A stretch of DNA of 64,000 nucleotides. Source: an uncultured Chloroflexia bacterium (GTDB lineage Bacteria > Chloroflexota > Limnocylindria > Limnocylindrales > CSP1-4). A program made the position numbers and the translations under genes. Below are positions 18,084 through 30,165 of this stretch, in pieces. Position 1 is the stretch's first letter, and each line of letters starts with the position of its first letter. Under the pieces are notes generated by a model that saw only the letters and a program-made list of their open reading frames with translations, was not told the origin of the DNA and did not search any database. Location: the NCBI GenBank assembly GCA_963712585.1, contig CAVQIH010000016.1, positions 140,533-204,532 of the forward strand, in the 5' to 3' direction.

Positions 18084-20179
18084 ATGCCGGAGGCCGCGCC
18101 CCGCTATCCCGTCCGGATCGAGCCGAACGTATGGCTCGAGATGGACGACGGGGTGCGCCTCGCCGCCACCCTTTACCTGCCCGATGCCCCCAACGACGGG
18201 CCGTTCCCGGCCCTCCTGGAGTCGATACCGTACCGCAAGGACGACTGGACGCTCTCCCGCGACCGGCCGCTGCACGTCTCGTTCGCCGAGGCGCGGGTAC
18301 GTCAGCTGTCGGCTCGACGTGCGGGGGACGGGGACCTCGCAGGGGATCGCCTCGGACGAGTACACGGAGCGCGAGATCGCCGACAACGTCGCCGCGCTGG
18401 CCTGGCTGGCGGCCCGGCCCTGGATCGAGCGGAGCGACGGGGATGTTCGGCATCAGCTGGGGCGGGTTCTCGCGCGCTCCAGGCGGCGATGCGCCGGCCG
18501 CCCTCGCTCCGCGCCATCGTGCCCGTCCACTTCTCCCACGACCGGTACACGACCGACGTCCACTACTACGGGGGAACCCTGCACGTCGGCGAGTCGATCT
18601 ACTGGCCGGCTGGAGATGGTCGGCGAGAACGCGCTCCCGCCCGATCCCGAGTGGGTCGGGCCAGGCTGGCGGGACGCCTGGCTCGAGCGGCTCGAGCGGA
18701 CTCCGCAGTGGCCGTTCGAATGGCTCCGCCACCAGCGCCGCGATGCCTACTGGCGGCATGGCTCGGCCGCCGAGGACTGGGACTCGATCGACGCCGCGAT
18801 CCTCGCCATCGGCGGGCTCCACGACGGATACCGCGGTGCGGTCCTGGAAGTGCTCGAGCATGTCCGCGCCCCCCGGCGCGGCGTCATCGGCCCGTGGGGC
18901 CACACCTGGCCGCACGACGGGCTGGCCAGCGCCCTCGATCGACGGCGTCGGCCTGCTGCGTCGCTGGTGGGATCGCTGGCTCCGAGACGAGCCCAACGGG
19001 GTAGATGACGAGCCGATGCTCGCGGTCTACGTGCAGGATCCGATCCCCGTCGAGCCGTTTCCGGACAGGGTCGCAGGACGCTGGTGGTTCGCCCCCACCT
19101 GGCCGCTCCGGGATCCCGCGACCGGGATCGAGCCGGCCGAGCGACTTCATTTGAGCAGCAGCGGCGGCCTCGGCCGTGCAGCGCCCGACCTGGGTGAGGC
19201 CCTTCGGGCGACGGCCGAAGCAGCGACCCCCGGCTCGTCCTCCTCGACCTGGGACGGCCCGCTCTGGGTCGGACTCGGTGCGCCGTTCTGGTGCGGCAGC
19301 GGTGAGCCTCAGGGCGTGCCCGGTGACATGCGCTTCGACGACGCCGCATCTCTCGTCTGGACGTCCGCACCGCTCGTCGAGCCACTGCTGATCGTCGGCG
19401 TGGCGCGGGCCGAGTTGTGGGTCTCGGCGGACCGGCCGGTCGCCCTCACCGCGGTCCGTCTCGAGGAGGTCCGGCCCGATGGTTCGGTCGCCCTGGTGGC
19501 TCGCGGTGCCCTCAACCTCACCCACCGGGCGGGCCACGAGACACCCGTCGAGCTCGTGCCTGGCGAGGTGGTCCGGGTCGACGTGCCGTTGCTGCCGGCG
19601 AGCGCCCTGCTCGGGGTGGGCAGCCGCATCCGAGTCGCCATCGCTGGGATCGACTGGCCACTCACCTGGCCGTCGCCGCAGCCGTTCCGCCTGACCCTGC
19701 ACCACGAGCCGGAACGGCCGTCCGCGGTCGTCGTTCCGCTGGGGACCGGTCTCACCGTCGAGGGGCCGGATCTCGGAGAGCCCTCGATCGACAGCTCGGC
19801 GCGAACGCTTGCCCAACCTCTGCCGGGAGCCTCGTCCTCGTGGACGATCGTCCGCGACCCGCTGGCGAGGACGACCACCCTAACGAGCGCCACCGCCGGC
19901 GGTCACCGGTTCCCCGAGCGGAATGGTCTCGAGTTCGACTCGGCCGCGGCCTTCGCCCTCACGATTGGCGACCATGACCCCCTGGCCTGCCGGGCCGAGG
20001 GTTCGATCGGGTACCGGGTGGCCTACCCGGGCGGGCCGACGATCCGGACGCAGGCGCGCCTGTCACTCGGCGCCGATGCGCGCCAATGCCACCTCGCCAT
20101 CGAGCTCGAGGTCACGGAGGATGACCGGCCGGTGTTCGCCAGGAGCTGGCGTGAGTCGGTTCCCCGGGACTTGCTCTGA
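18084..20179 (+). pseudogene. CocE/NonD-family (X-Pro dipeptidyl-peptidase S15-like) hydrolase; N-terminal 900 nt multiply frameshifted, C-terminal 1.2 kb intact
   Basis: ATG at 18084 is preceded by AGGAGG. Segments in alternating frames:
- VRIEPNVWLEMDDGVRLAATLYLPDAPNDGPFPALLESIPYRKDDW
- GYVSCRLDVRGTGTSQGIASDEYTEREIADNVAALAWLAARPW
- GMFGISWGGF
- AIVPVHFSHDRYTTDVHYYGG
- ILAIGGLHDGYRGAVLEVLEH ... GPWGHTWP
From about 18960 onward there is one clean frame to the stop at 20179. Confidence 0.75.
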
Positions 20180-20260
20180 TAGCCTCTGGAAGCCTCGAAC
20201 GCGCGCGGATGGGCGCCCCCGAGACTCGTCCGACGGGACGGGAGAGGAGACGGAGGACCG

Positions 20261-21250
20261 ATGAAGAAGGACATCCTCGAGCGTCTGGCGGACGGCCCCG
20301 TCCTCGGCGACGGCGGCTACCTGCTCGAGCTGGAGAAGCGTGGCTGGGTCCAGGCCGGACCGTTCACGCCCGAGGTCAGCATCGACCCACCCCGAGGCGC
20401 TCGCCGAGCTCCACCGCGAGTTCCTGCGCGCGGGCGCCGAGGTGCTCCAGACGCTCACCTTCTACGCCAGCGAGGAGAAGCTGGCGACCGTCGGCCTCGC
20501 GGGACGGTCGACGAGATCAACCGGGCCGCGGTCCGGATCGCCAGCGAGGTCGCCTGCCGGAAGGCGACGCCTGGTGGCCGGGCAACCTGAGCCTCACCTG
20601 GGCCTACGACCCCGCCGACCGCGGCTCGCGCCGACCACGTGCGCGCGCTCTTCGACCGCCAGCTCGGCCGACATGGTCGACGAGGGAATCGACTTCGTCA
20701 TCGGCGAGACGTTCTCGTGGCTCGGCGAGGCGCTCATCGCGGCCGAGCGGGCAAAGGCGACCGGCCTGCCCGTGATGATCACGATGGCGTTCGAGGACGA
20801 GCCGCGCTCGTACGAGGGCGACTCGCCGGGCGACTGCGCCCGCAGGCTCGTCGACGCCGGCGCCGACATCGTCGGGGTCAACTGCCTGCGCGGCCCGATC
20901 ACGCACCCTGCCGCTCGCGGCCGAGATGCGCGAGGCGGTCACGGGCTACGTGGCGTGCCAGCCCGTCGCCTATCAGACGCCGCCGGGCAAGCCCGACTTC
21001 ACCTCGCTGCCCGAGTTCCCGTTCGCGCTCGACCCGCTCCAGCTCCCCCGCGCGGCGATGGCCGACTACGCGGTGAAGGCCCGGGAGACTGGGCATCGAC
21101 TACATCGGCTCGTGCTGCGGCTCGGTGGCCATCCACGTCCGCGCGATGGCGCGGGCCCTCGGCAAGCTCCCGGCCGACGAGCGCGGCTGGCGCTCGCCGC
21201 CGGGCAAGCCGATGTCGGCCTACGAGTACTACGGGCATGCCGAACCCTGA
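20261..21250 (+). pseudogene. Betaine-homocysteine S-methyltransferase-like (Hcy-binding domain) protein, at least 7 frameshifts
   Basis: MKKDILERLADGPVLGDGGYLLELEKRGWVQAGPFTPEVSI / HPEALAELHREFLRAGAEVLQTLTFYASEEKL closely parallels vertebrate BHMT (ILERL..G..V.GDGG..LEKRG.V.AGP.TPE...HPEA...LHREFLRAG..V.QT.TFYASE.KL). Later pieces are DFVIGETF, GADIVGVNC, DFTSLPEFPF and IDYIGSCCG. Frame path is 2>0>2>1>2>0>1>2. Confidence 0.8.
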
Positions 21251-21267
21251 GGTGTCCGACTGATCTC

Positions 21268-22460
21268 GTGGTCCGTGACGACCTCCGACGGGACTATCGC
21301 GCCATCGTCGTCGGCCTGGGCGGGATCGGCAGCGGCGCGGCCTACTGGCTGGCCGGCGCTTCGGGGCCGACGTCCTCGGGCTCGAGCAATTCGAGCTCGG
21401 TCACGATCGGGGCGAGTCCCAGGACCATTCGCGGATCATCCGGCTCTCGTATCACACGCCGGGCTACGTCCGCCTCGCCAAGGCCGCCTACGAGGCGTGG
21501 GCGCCGCTCGAGGCCGAGCCTGGGTGAGCAGCTGATCCTGCGCACCGGTGGGCTCGACCTGTGGCCCGCAGGGCGCCGCGATCCCGATGGACGGGCTACA
21601 CGGCGAGCCTCACCGCCGCGGACGTGCCCTTCGAGCTGCCTCGACGCGGACGAGGTCATGCGCCGCTGGCCGCAGTGGCGCCTCGACGACGGCACCGCGG
21701 GCGATCTTCCAGGCCGACGGCGGGCATCGCTCCGGCCGCGCGCTGCAACGGCCGCCCACCAGCAGCTGGCCCGCGCGCACGGCGCCACGCTCCTCGACCG
21801 GATGCCGGTCGACCGCGTCCGGGCCGCGAGCCGGCGAGGTGGAGGTGACGACGTCCGACGCCGAGACCTTCCGGGCGAGCCGCTTGGTCTGGCTGCCGGA
21901 CCGTGGTCGAACGACATCCTCGGGCCACTCGGGATCGACCTGCCCCTGACGATCACCCGGGAGCAGGTCACCTACTTCGCGACTCCCCGGACCTGGCGGC
22001 GTTCGCGCCCGAGCGCTTCCCGGTCTGGATCTGGATGGACGATCCGTCGTTCTACGGCTTCCCCGCCTTCGGCGAAGCGGGCACCAAGGTCGCCCAGGAT
22101 TGCGGGGGCTCCGAGACGACCGCGGACGGGCGACGTTCGAGCCCGACGAGGCCGGCTCTGCGCCGCGTCGACGCCTTCCTGGCCGCGCACCTGCCCGAGG
22201 CGCTCGGACCCGCTGATCCTCACCAAGACCTGCCTCTACACGCTCACGCCCGACCGCGACTTCGTCATCGACCGGCTCCCGGGCACCCGGACGTGATGTC
22301 GTGGCCATCGGCGCGGCCCACGCCTTCAAGTTCGCCTCGCTCATCGGGCGCATCCTCAGCGAGCTCGCGCTGGACGGCCGCTCGGCAATCGACCTCGAGC
22401 CGTTCCGGATCGACCGCCCGATCCTGGCCCTCGAGATCCGCCGCGACGCTTCTGGTCTGA
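21268..22460 (+). pseudogene. Monomeric sarcosine oxidase / N-methyltryptophan oxidase-like FAD oxidoreductase, multiply frameshifted (3' end approximate)
   Basis: YRAIVVGLGGIGSGAAYWLA (GxGxxG), HDRGESQDHSRIIRLSYH, LILRTGGLDLWP, LVLAAGPWSNDILGPLGIDLPLTITREQVTYF, FPVWIWMDDPSFYGFPAFGEAGTKVAQD, KTCLYTLTPDRDFVIDRLPG and IGAAHAFKFASLIGRILSELALDG, read from three frames. Confidence 0.7.
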
Positions 22461-22677
22461 GTCCGGAGCCACCGATGCCGGCGGCTGGTGGCCGCCCCGG
22501 CGGCCGCAGGCGACCGCGGGGCAAGCGTCGAGCGGGACGGCGCATTGACCCTGCCGCTGGCCGTGCGACAGTGCGGCGATTGCGGGTCGTCGTCGAGGGG
22601 GCGCGGGCCGGACCCGAGGCGGCCAGATGGGCTCGCTGGGACGCGCGCCGGACCGCTGACCAGGAGGAGGCGCCACG

Positions 22678-24631
22678 ATGGCTCGACGTCCAGGCGCGGG
22701 CCGCCAGGCTCGTCGTTGCCGCGGGCTTGCCCTCGCGCTCGTGGCGCCGGCCACGGGGGTGCCACCCGGGCCGCCGACCCGGTCGTGCTGCGCGTCGGCA
22801 CGACGCAGGATCTCGACTCGCTCAACCCGTACACACGGCCCTGTTCGTCGACTACGAGTCTTCCCTCAACTACGACCTGCTGGTCGGCTTCGGACCCAAC
22901 TTGGAGCCGATCCCCGGATTCGCCGAGTCCTGGCAGCAGGCCGCGGACGGCCATCGTGGACCTTCAAGATCCGTCCCGACATGAAGTGGTCCGACGGCCA
23001 GCCGGCGACATCCGAGGATGCCCGCTGGACCTTCCAGCTCGATCTCGACGCCAACTGGCTGGCGACGGCGCTGAGCCCGGTCGAAGCGTCGGTCTCGGGT
23101 TCATCGATTACGGGCTCTCCGACGCCGGCGCCACCAAGATCGAGTGCCCCGACCCCGAGACGATGGTCATCACCACCGACGACGCCTCCACGCAGATCCT
23201 CCAGACCTACATCCCGATCCTGCCCAAGCACATCTGGGGAACCGAGACCTACAAGACGATGGGGGACGCGAAGTTCGACGCCCCGATCGTGGGAACGGGC
23301 CCGTACCAGGCGGTCGAATGGAGGACCGGCCAGTTCGTCCACTTCGTCCGCAACCCCAACTACTGGGGCACCGCAGGGCTGCGCCGGACGAGATCTTCAT
23401 CCAGATCTTCAAGTCGGACGACTCGATGGTCCAGGCCCTCAAGGCGGGCGAGATCGACTACGCCCGCGGCGTCAACCCGGACCAGTTCGACGCGCTCAAG
23501 AGCGAGCCGAACATCCAGACCGTGGTCGGCGACGTCGAACGGCTGCACCGAGCTCGGCTTCAACACCTACGGCACCGGGACCGGCAAGCCCATCGAAGGG
23601 CGGCGGCCCTCGACGACGGCGCTCCACGACCCGGCCTTCCGCGACGCGCTCGGCTACGCCATCGACAAGCAGACGCTCGTCGACCGGATCCTCGACGGCT
23701 ACGGCGACGCTCGGCACCACGCAGCGTCGCCGCCGGTCCTCGTCCAGTGGCACACCGAGCCGACCGACATCCGCGACCTTCAACATCGACATGGCCAAGC
23801 AGAAGCTCGAGGCGGCCGGCTACACGCTCGATCGCCAAGGGCCAGCGCTCGACAAGGAGGGCAAGCCCATCAACCTGCGCCTCGTCGTGCCGGACTCGGA
23901 CGACGACCTACCCGAAGAGCGCCCAGTTCATCCCGGACTGGTGGGTCAGCTCGGGATCAAGATCACCACCCAGGTCTTCGACAGCGACACGCTGACCGAC
24001 CTGATGCTGCCGCCCGAGGCGGGGGGCGCGGGCAACAAGGCCGACTTCGACCTCTTCATCTGGAACTGGGCCGGCGACCCCGACCCGAACTCGCTGCTGC
24101 AGATCTTCACACTGCGACGCGATCGGCAGCTCGTCCGACAGCAACTGGTGCGATCCCGAGTACGACCAGCTGTACGCCGAGCAGAACCAGGCAACCGACC
24201 ACCGAAGCGCGCAAGGCGCTACATCGACCAGATGCAGCAGATCTTCTACGACCAGGCGCCGTACCACGTCCTCTTCTACGACGCTGAGCTGCACGCCTAC
24301 CGGACCGACCGCTTCGGCGGGCTGGCAGAACCAGCCATCGAACGGCACGCCGCTCTTCCGCTACGGCACCCTCGACTACACGCTGCTGACGGCGCCGGCG
24401 CCGCCCGCCACGCCCGGTCCCGACCGAGGCCGCCTCGGCCGCGTCCGCGGCGCCCGGCGCGAGTGCCACGCCGACGGCGCTCCTTCGCCCAGCCCGGTAC
24501 CAGCACCGGCTCGGCGGAGGCGACTCGACGATGCTCGTCGTTGGCGGCGGTGCCGTCGTGGCGGTCGTGGTGATCGGCGGCGGCCGTTCCTGCTACTGCG
24601 CCGGCGCCGCTCCGAAGCCGAGGAGGAGTGA
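22678..24631 (+). pseudogene. ABC transporter substrate-binding protein, family 5 (peptide/nickel/opine type), multiply frameshifted
   Basis: VLRVGTTQDLDSLNPY, SWTFKIRPDMKWSDGQPATSEDARWTF, ILPKHIWG, GTGPYQAVEWRTGQFVHFVRNPNYWG, EIFIQIFKSDDSMVQALKAGEIDYARGVNPDQF and AFRDALGYAIDKQTLVDRIL, distributed over ORFs 22488-24287, 22678-24573 and 23144-23995. The end is inferred at TGA 24629-24631, after a C-terminal hydrophobic segment. Confidence 0.7.
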
Positions 24632-24710
24632 CGATCGACGGGGCTGGCCGCTGCTCGACGCGCGACGGCTCGGCCGTTCCGCGACGATCCCCTCGGCCTG
24701 ACCGGCGACC

Positions 24711-25695
24711 GTGGGCAGCCGCTACCTCGTCCGCAAGCTGCTCCAGGCGATCGTCACGATCGTCCTGATCGTGCTGCTCAACTTCCTGCTGTTCCGGCTC
24801 ATGCCCGGCTCGCCGGAGCGGGTCCTGCTGCGCAACCCGAACCTCACCCAGGAGGTCGCTCGAGGCCGCACGCGGGCAACGCTGGGGCCTCGACAAGCCG
24901 CTCTTCCCCGACCAGTTCGTCGCCTACGTCGCCTGCCACGGCGCAGGGCGACCTCGGCGTACTCGCTCAAGTTCCGGGGCCAGCCGGTCACCGAGGTCAT
25001 CGCCGAGCGCATCTGGCCGACGCGTCATCCTGTTCGGCCTCGGCGAGCTCATCGCCATCGTCGCTCGGCCTCGCGCTCGGGGCCTACTCGGGCTGGCGAC
25101 GCGGCGGGCTCGGTCGACTACGTCGGCAACGGGATCTCGCTGATCCTCTACTCGATGCCGTACTTCCTCATCGGCATGATCCTGCTCGTCATCTTCGCCT
25201 CCGACGCTCGGCTGGTTCCCGACCTCGGGCATGTTCACGCCGGGGGCGACCTTCAGCTCGCCCGTCGACGCAGCTGCTCGACTTCGTGGCCCACCTCGCC
25301 CTGCCGCTGGCGACGGTCGCGCTCGGGCTCATCGGGCAGTACTCGATCCTGATGCGGTCGTCGGTCATCGAGACGCGGGGCGAGGACTACGTCACGACCG
25401 CCCGGGCGAAGGGCCTGACGCGAGCGCTCGCGATCCTGCGCTCGCACGCCCTCCCCAACGCGCTGCTGCCGACGGTGACGCTCATCGCGATCAACCTCGG
25501 CTACGTCGTCGGCGGGCGCGATCACCGTCGAGGTCGTCTTCAACTGGCCGGGCCTCGGGACGCTCACCGTCGAGGCCCTGAACGCCGCGCGACTACCCGG
25601 TCCTCCAGGGCGATCTTCCTGATCCTGGCGGTCTCGGTCGTCTTCGCCAACCTCGTCGCCGACCTCGTCTACGGCTATCCTCGATCCGCGGGTGA
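24711..25695 (+). pseudogene. ABC transporter permease (DppB/OppB-like), frameshifted
   Basis: MGSRYLVRKLLQAIVTIVLIVLLNFLLFRLMPGSP, YSMPYFLIGMILLVIF, GEDYVTTARAKGLTRALAILRSHALPNALLPTVTLIAINLGYVVGG and NWPGLG ... VFANLVADLVYGY, in alternating frames. The 3' end is approximate. Confidence 0.75.
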
Positions 25696-26667
25696 GCGGC
25701 GTGAGCGCCGCCCGCCGTTCCGACGCCGCGCCGCGCGCGATCCGCGGCCAGCGCTGGCGACTCCGCGCTGCGCGGCTGGCGCGACTTCGCCCGGCGCTTC
25801 TCCCGGCGCCGGGACGGCGTCGTCGGGCGTGGCCATCCTCGCCTTCTTCGCCGTCCTGGCGATCGCCCCGGTCTTCTTCGTCGGGCCGCTCGAGACGGCG
25901 ACGACGGCGACCGGCGCGCGCCTCGAGCCGCCCTCGGCGACCCACCTCCTGGGCACCGACGAGCTCGGCCGGGACATCCTCAACCTGACCGTCCACGGCG
26001 CCCGCATCTCGATGGTCATCGGCCTCCTGGCGACGGTCGTCACCGTGGTCGTGGGGGCGTCCTCGGGCATCGTCTCGGGCTTCGTCGGCGGCCGGACGGA
26101 TGCGATCCTCATGCGGATCACCGACTTCTTCCTGGTCCTGCCGACCTTCGTCCTGGCGCTCATCCTCGCGCCCGATCATGCTCGAGATCATCGGCACGGG
26201 TGCGAGATCGTTCGGCATCCGGACGACGCTGATCGTCATCGTCATCGTCATCGGCATCACGAGCTGGGCGTCGACGGCGCGGATCATCCGCGCCCAGACG
26301 CTGTCGGTGAAGGAGCGCGCGTTCGTCGACCGGGCGCGGGTCATCGGCGCCGGCGGCGGCCACATCATGCGCCGCGCACATCCTGCCCAACGTCATCAAC
26401 CTCATCGTGGCCAACACGGTGCTCGATCTTCGCCGGGCGCGATCCTGACCGAGACGACGCTCTCGTTCATCGGCCTGGGCGATCCGTTCCAGCCGTCGTG
26501 GGGCCAGATCCTCAACGCCGCCCAGGAGGTCGGCGCGCCGGGCCTCGGGGCGTGGTGGTACTTCGTGCCGCCCGGCGACCTGCATCGTCCTCGTCGTCCT
26601 GGCCTTCACGCTCGTCGGCAGCGCCCTCGACGACCTCCTCAACCCAAGGCGGCAGGGCCGCCGATGA
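25692..26667 (+). pseudogene. ABC transporter permease (DppC/OppC-like), frameshifted
   Basis: HLLGTDELGRDILNLTVHGARISMVIGLLATVVTVVVGASSGIVSGFVGGRTDAILMRITDFFLVLPTFVLALIL, SWASTARIIRAQTLSVKERAFVDRARVIGAGGGHIM, LSFIGLGDP and [13 protein letters not shown]. The stop TGA at 26665-26667 overlaps the next start (ATGA). Confidence 0.75.
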
Positions 26668-27838
26668 CGGACTCGGCCGCCGACGGCGCTCGAGCCGCCG
26701 CGACTCCGCCCGGCGGCCGAGCTCCGGCACCCGGATCCCGGCGGCCGGCGCCAGTGGCCGCTCGCCCAAGCAGGCCGACCCGACGCGCCGCTGCTCGTCG
26801 TCGAGGACCTCGACGACGCACTTCGCGCTCGAGTCGGGCGACCGTCCAGGCGGTCGACGGCGTCAGCTTCACGCTGCGACGACGGCGAGGCGCTGGGGAT
26901 CGCCGGCGAGTCGGGCTGCGGCAAGACGACGACCGCGCTGTCGCTCGTCCGCCTGCTGCCCGGCCAACGCGCGGATCGTCCGCGGGCAGCGTCAAGCTGT
27001 TCGGGATCGACCTCGTGCCACCAAGTCGGAGAACGCCCTGCGCCGCTACCGCTGGCGCGAGATCTCGATCATCTTCCAGGGCGCCATGAACGCCCTCAAC
27101 CCGGTCCGCCGAGTCGGCGACCAGATCGCCGAGCCGCTCGAGCGAGCGCCTGCGGGCTCGTCCGGCGCAAGGCGCGCCACGCGAGCCGGCGAGCTGCTCG
27201 AGCTGGTCGGCATCCCGCGGGCGCGCGGCACGGCCTATCCCGCACGAGCTGTCGGGCGGGATGCGCCAGCGCGCGATGATCGCGATGGCCCTCGCCTGCG
27301 ACCCGGCGATCGTCATCGGCGACGAGCCGACGACCGCCCTCGACGTCATGGTCCAGGCCCAGATCCTGGAGCTGCTCGAGCGGCTCCGCGAGCGAGCTCG
27401 GCCTGTCGCTCATCCTCATCACCCACGACCTGTCGGTCATCGCCGAGACCTGCGACCGGGTGATGGTCATGTACGCCGGGCGAGGTCGCCGAGGAGGGCC
27501 CGGTCAGCGCGGTCTTCCGACGCCCCGCCACCCCTACACGCAGATGCTCCTGTCGGCGTTCCCGAACATCCATGCCGACCGCCGGACGCTCGGGACGATC
27601 CCCGGCTCGCCGCCCGACCTGCGCGACCCGCCGCCGGGCTGCCGCTTCCATCCGCGCTGCCCGGTGGCCATGGACGTCTGTCGCGAGGTCGTGCCGCCGG
27701 AGGTCCGTTCGCCGACGGCGTCCGCGTCGCCTGCCACCTCTACCCACCCGGGCAGCGACGGGCGGCAGGCTGCCCGCTCACGCCCCCGGAGATCGTCGGG
27801 GCGAGCCGTCCGGCCGCGGACGCCTCGGACGCAGCCTC

Positions 27839-27842
<4 letters not shown>
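26664..27842 (+). pseudogene. ABC transporter ATP-binding protein (DppD/OppD-like), frameshifted
   Basis: [106 protein letters not shown] and HPYTQMLL...[12 protein letters not shown], read from three frames. Confidence 0.8.
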
Positions 27843-28945
<1,103 letters not shown>

Positions 28946-28950
28946 CGCCC

Positions 28951-30003
28951 TCAGGCGCGCCGGCGCAGGGCAGAGAGCGTCGAGGCCGAGCCGGAGACGA
29001 TCAGGCCCTCGCCGGCGATCAGGCGCCGTTCAGCCGGTGGGTTCGGCTCATAGTCCCGCTCGCCGTGGACGATCGCGAGCGCGAAGATCCCCTCGTCGCG
29101 TAGCTCGCCGACCGTCCGCCCCTCAAGCGGCCCGCCAGCGGCCACGACGACCTCCTCGAGCGAGAAGGCCAGCTCGCCGTGCGAGAGGGCCAGGTCGATG
29201 AAGTCGACGACCCGCGGGCGCAGGGCGAGCTCGGCGAGGCGACGCCCGGCCATCGAGTACGGGGACACGACGCGGTTCGCGCCCGCCTGCGTCAGCTTCG
29301 CTTCGGCGCCCGGTGAGCTGGCCCGCCCGACCACGTAGAGGCCGGGGTTCATCGCCCGGGCCGACAGGATCACGTAGACGTTGTGAGCATCAGAGTCGAC
29401 CGTGGTGATCAGGCCGAGGGCCCGCTCGATCCCGGCGGCCCGGAGTGTCGCGTCCTCGGTCGCGTCGCCCTCGACCACGAGATGGCCATCGGCTCGGGCC
29501 CTCGTCAGCGACTCCTGGTTGACGTCGATGACGACGAGCTGCTGGTGGTCGTGCACCAGCTCGCGGGCGACGGTGGAGCCGACCCGGCCGTAGCCGCAGA
29601 GCACGTAGTGATCTCTGAGGCTCGCCACAGCCTCGGCCATTCGTCGTACCTCCCTCTTGCCGCCGGTGACTTCGCTGATGAGCTCCTCGGCGATGATCCC
29701 GACCGTCCCGAAGATGATCCCGACCCCCGTGATCGCGAGCCCCATCGTCCAGATCTCGAGCGCGCTGTCGAGTGGGCGGACCTCCCGGAATCCGACGGTG
29801 GTCAACGTGATGACCGTCATGTAGAGGGCCTCGAGGACGCTCCAGCCGCCCATGGCGATGTACCCCATCGCGCCGGTGGTCACGACCACGGCAAGGATCG
29901 CCAGGTAGACCTGGACATGGGGCCGTCTCACCAGCGCGGCCAACGCCGACGCCCCGTGCCGGACCGGTTCGAGCGTCATCGTGGTCATTCTATGGCTCGC
30001 CAC
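28951..30003 (-). CDS. Potassium channel family protein with RCK (TrkA-N/TrkA-C) domains
   Basis: Two TM helices and a pore loop (MTVITLTTVGFRE). Rossmann HYVLCGYGRVGSTVARELV, then a TrkA-C-like tail. The longest ORF starts with GTG at 30003. An internal ATG at 29979 sits 7 nt after a TAGAAT hexamer and is a possible leaderless start. Confidence 0.8.
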   Translation of the reverse strand: MASHRMTTMTLEPVRHGASALAALVRRPHVQVYLAILAVVVTTGAMGYIAMGGWSVLEALYMTVITLTTVGFREVRPLDSALEIWTMGLAITGVGIIFGTVGIIAEELISEVTGGKREVRRMAEAVASLRDHYVLCGYGRVGSTVARELVHDHQQLVVIDVNQESLTRARADGHLVVEGDATEDATLRAAGIERALGLITTVDSDAHNVYVILSARAMNPGLYVVGRASSPGAEAKLTQAGANRVVSPYSMAGRRLAELALRPRVVDFIDLALSHGELAFSLEEVVVAAGGPLEGRTVGELRDEGIFALAIVHGERDYEPNPPAERRLIAGEGLIVSGSASTLSALRRRA

Positions 30004-30165
30004 CGGGCCCTAGGGGAAGCTCGGTCGCCTGGCGATCCGCGACCGGTGCTCGCGGCCCGGGTGGGCCCTGTACCATCGCGCCAGTGAGCCGATCGGTCGC
30101 GCCGACCCTCCCGTGGTGAGCCGTCTCCCGGACCTCGGTCCACGTGGGGAAGGCTGGGTCCGACG

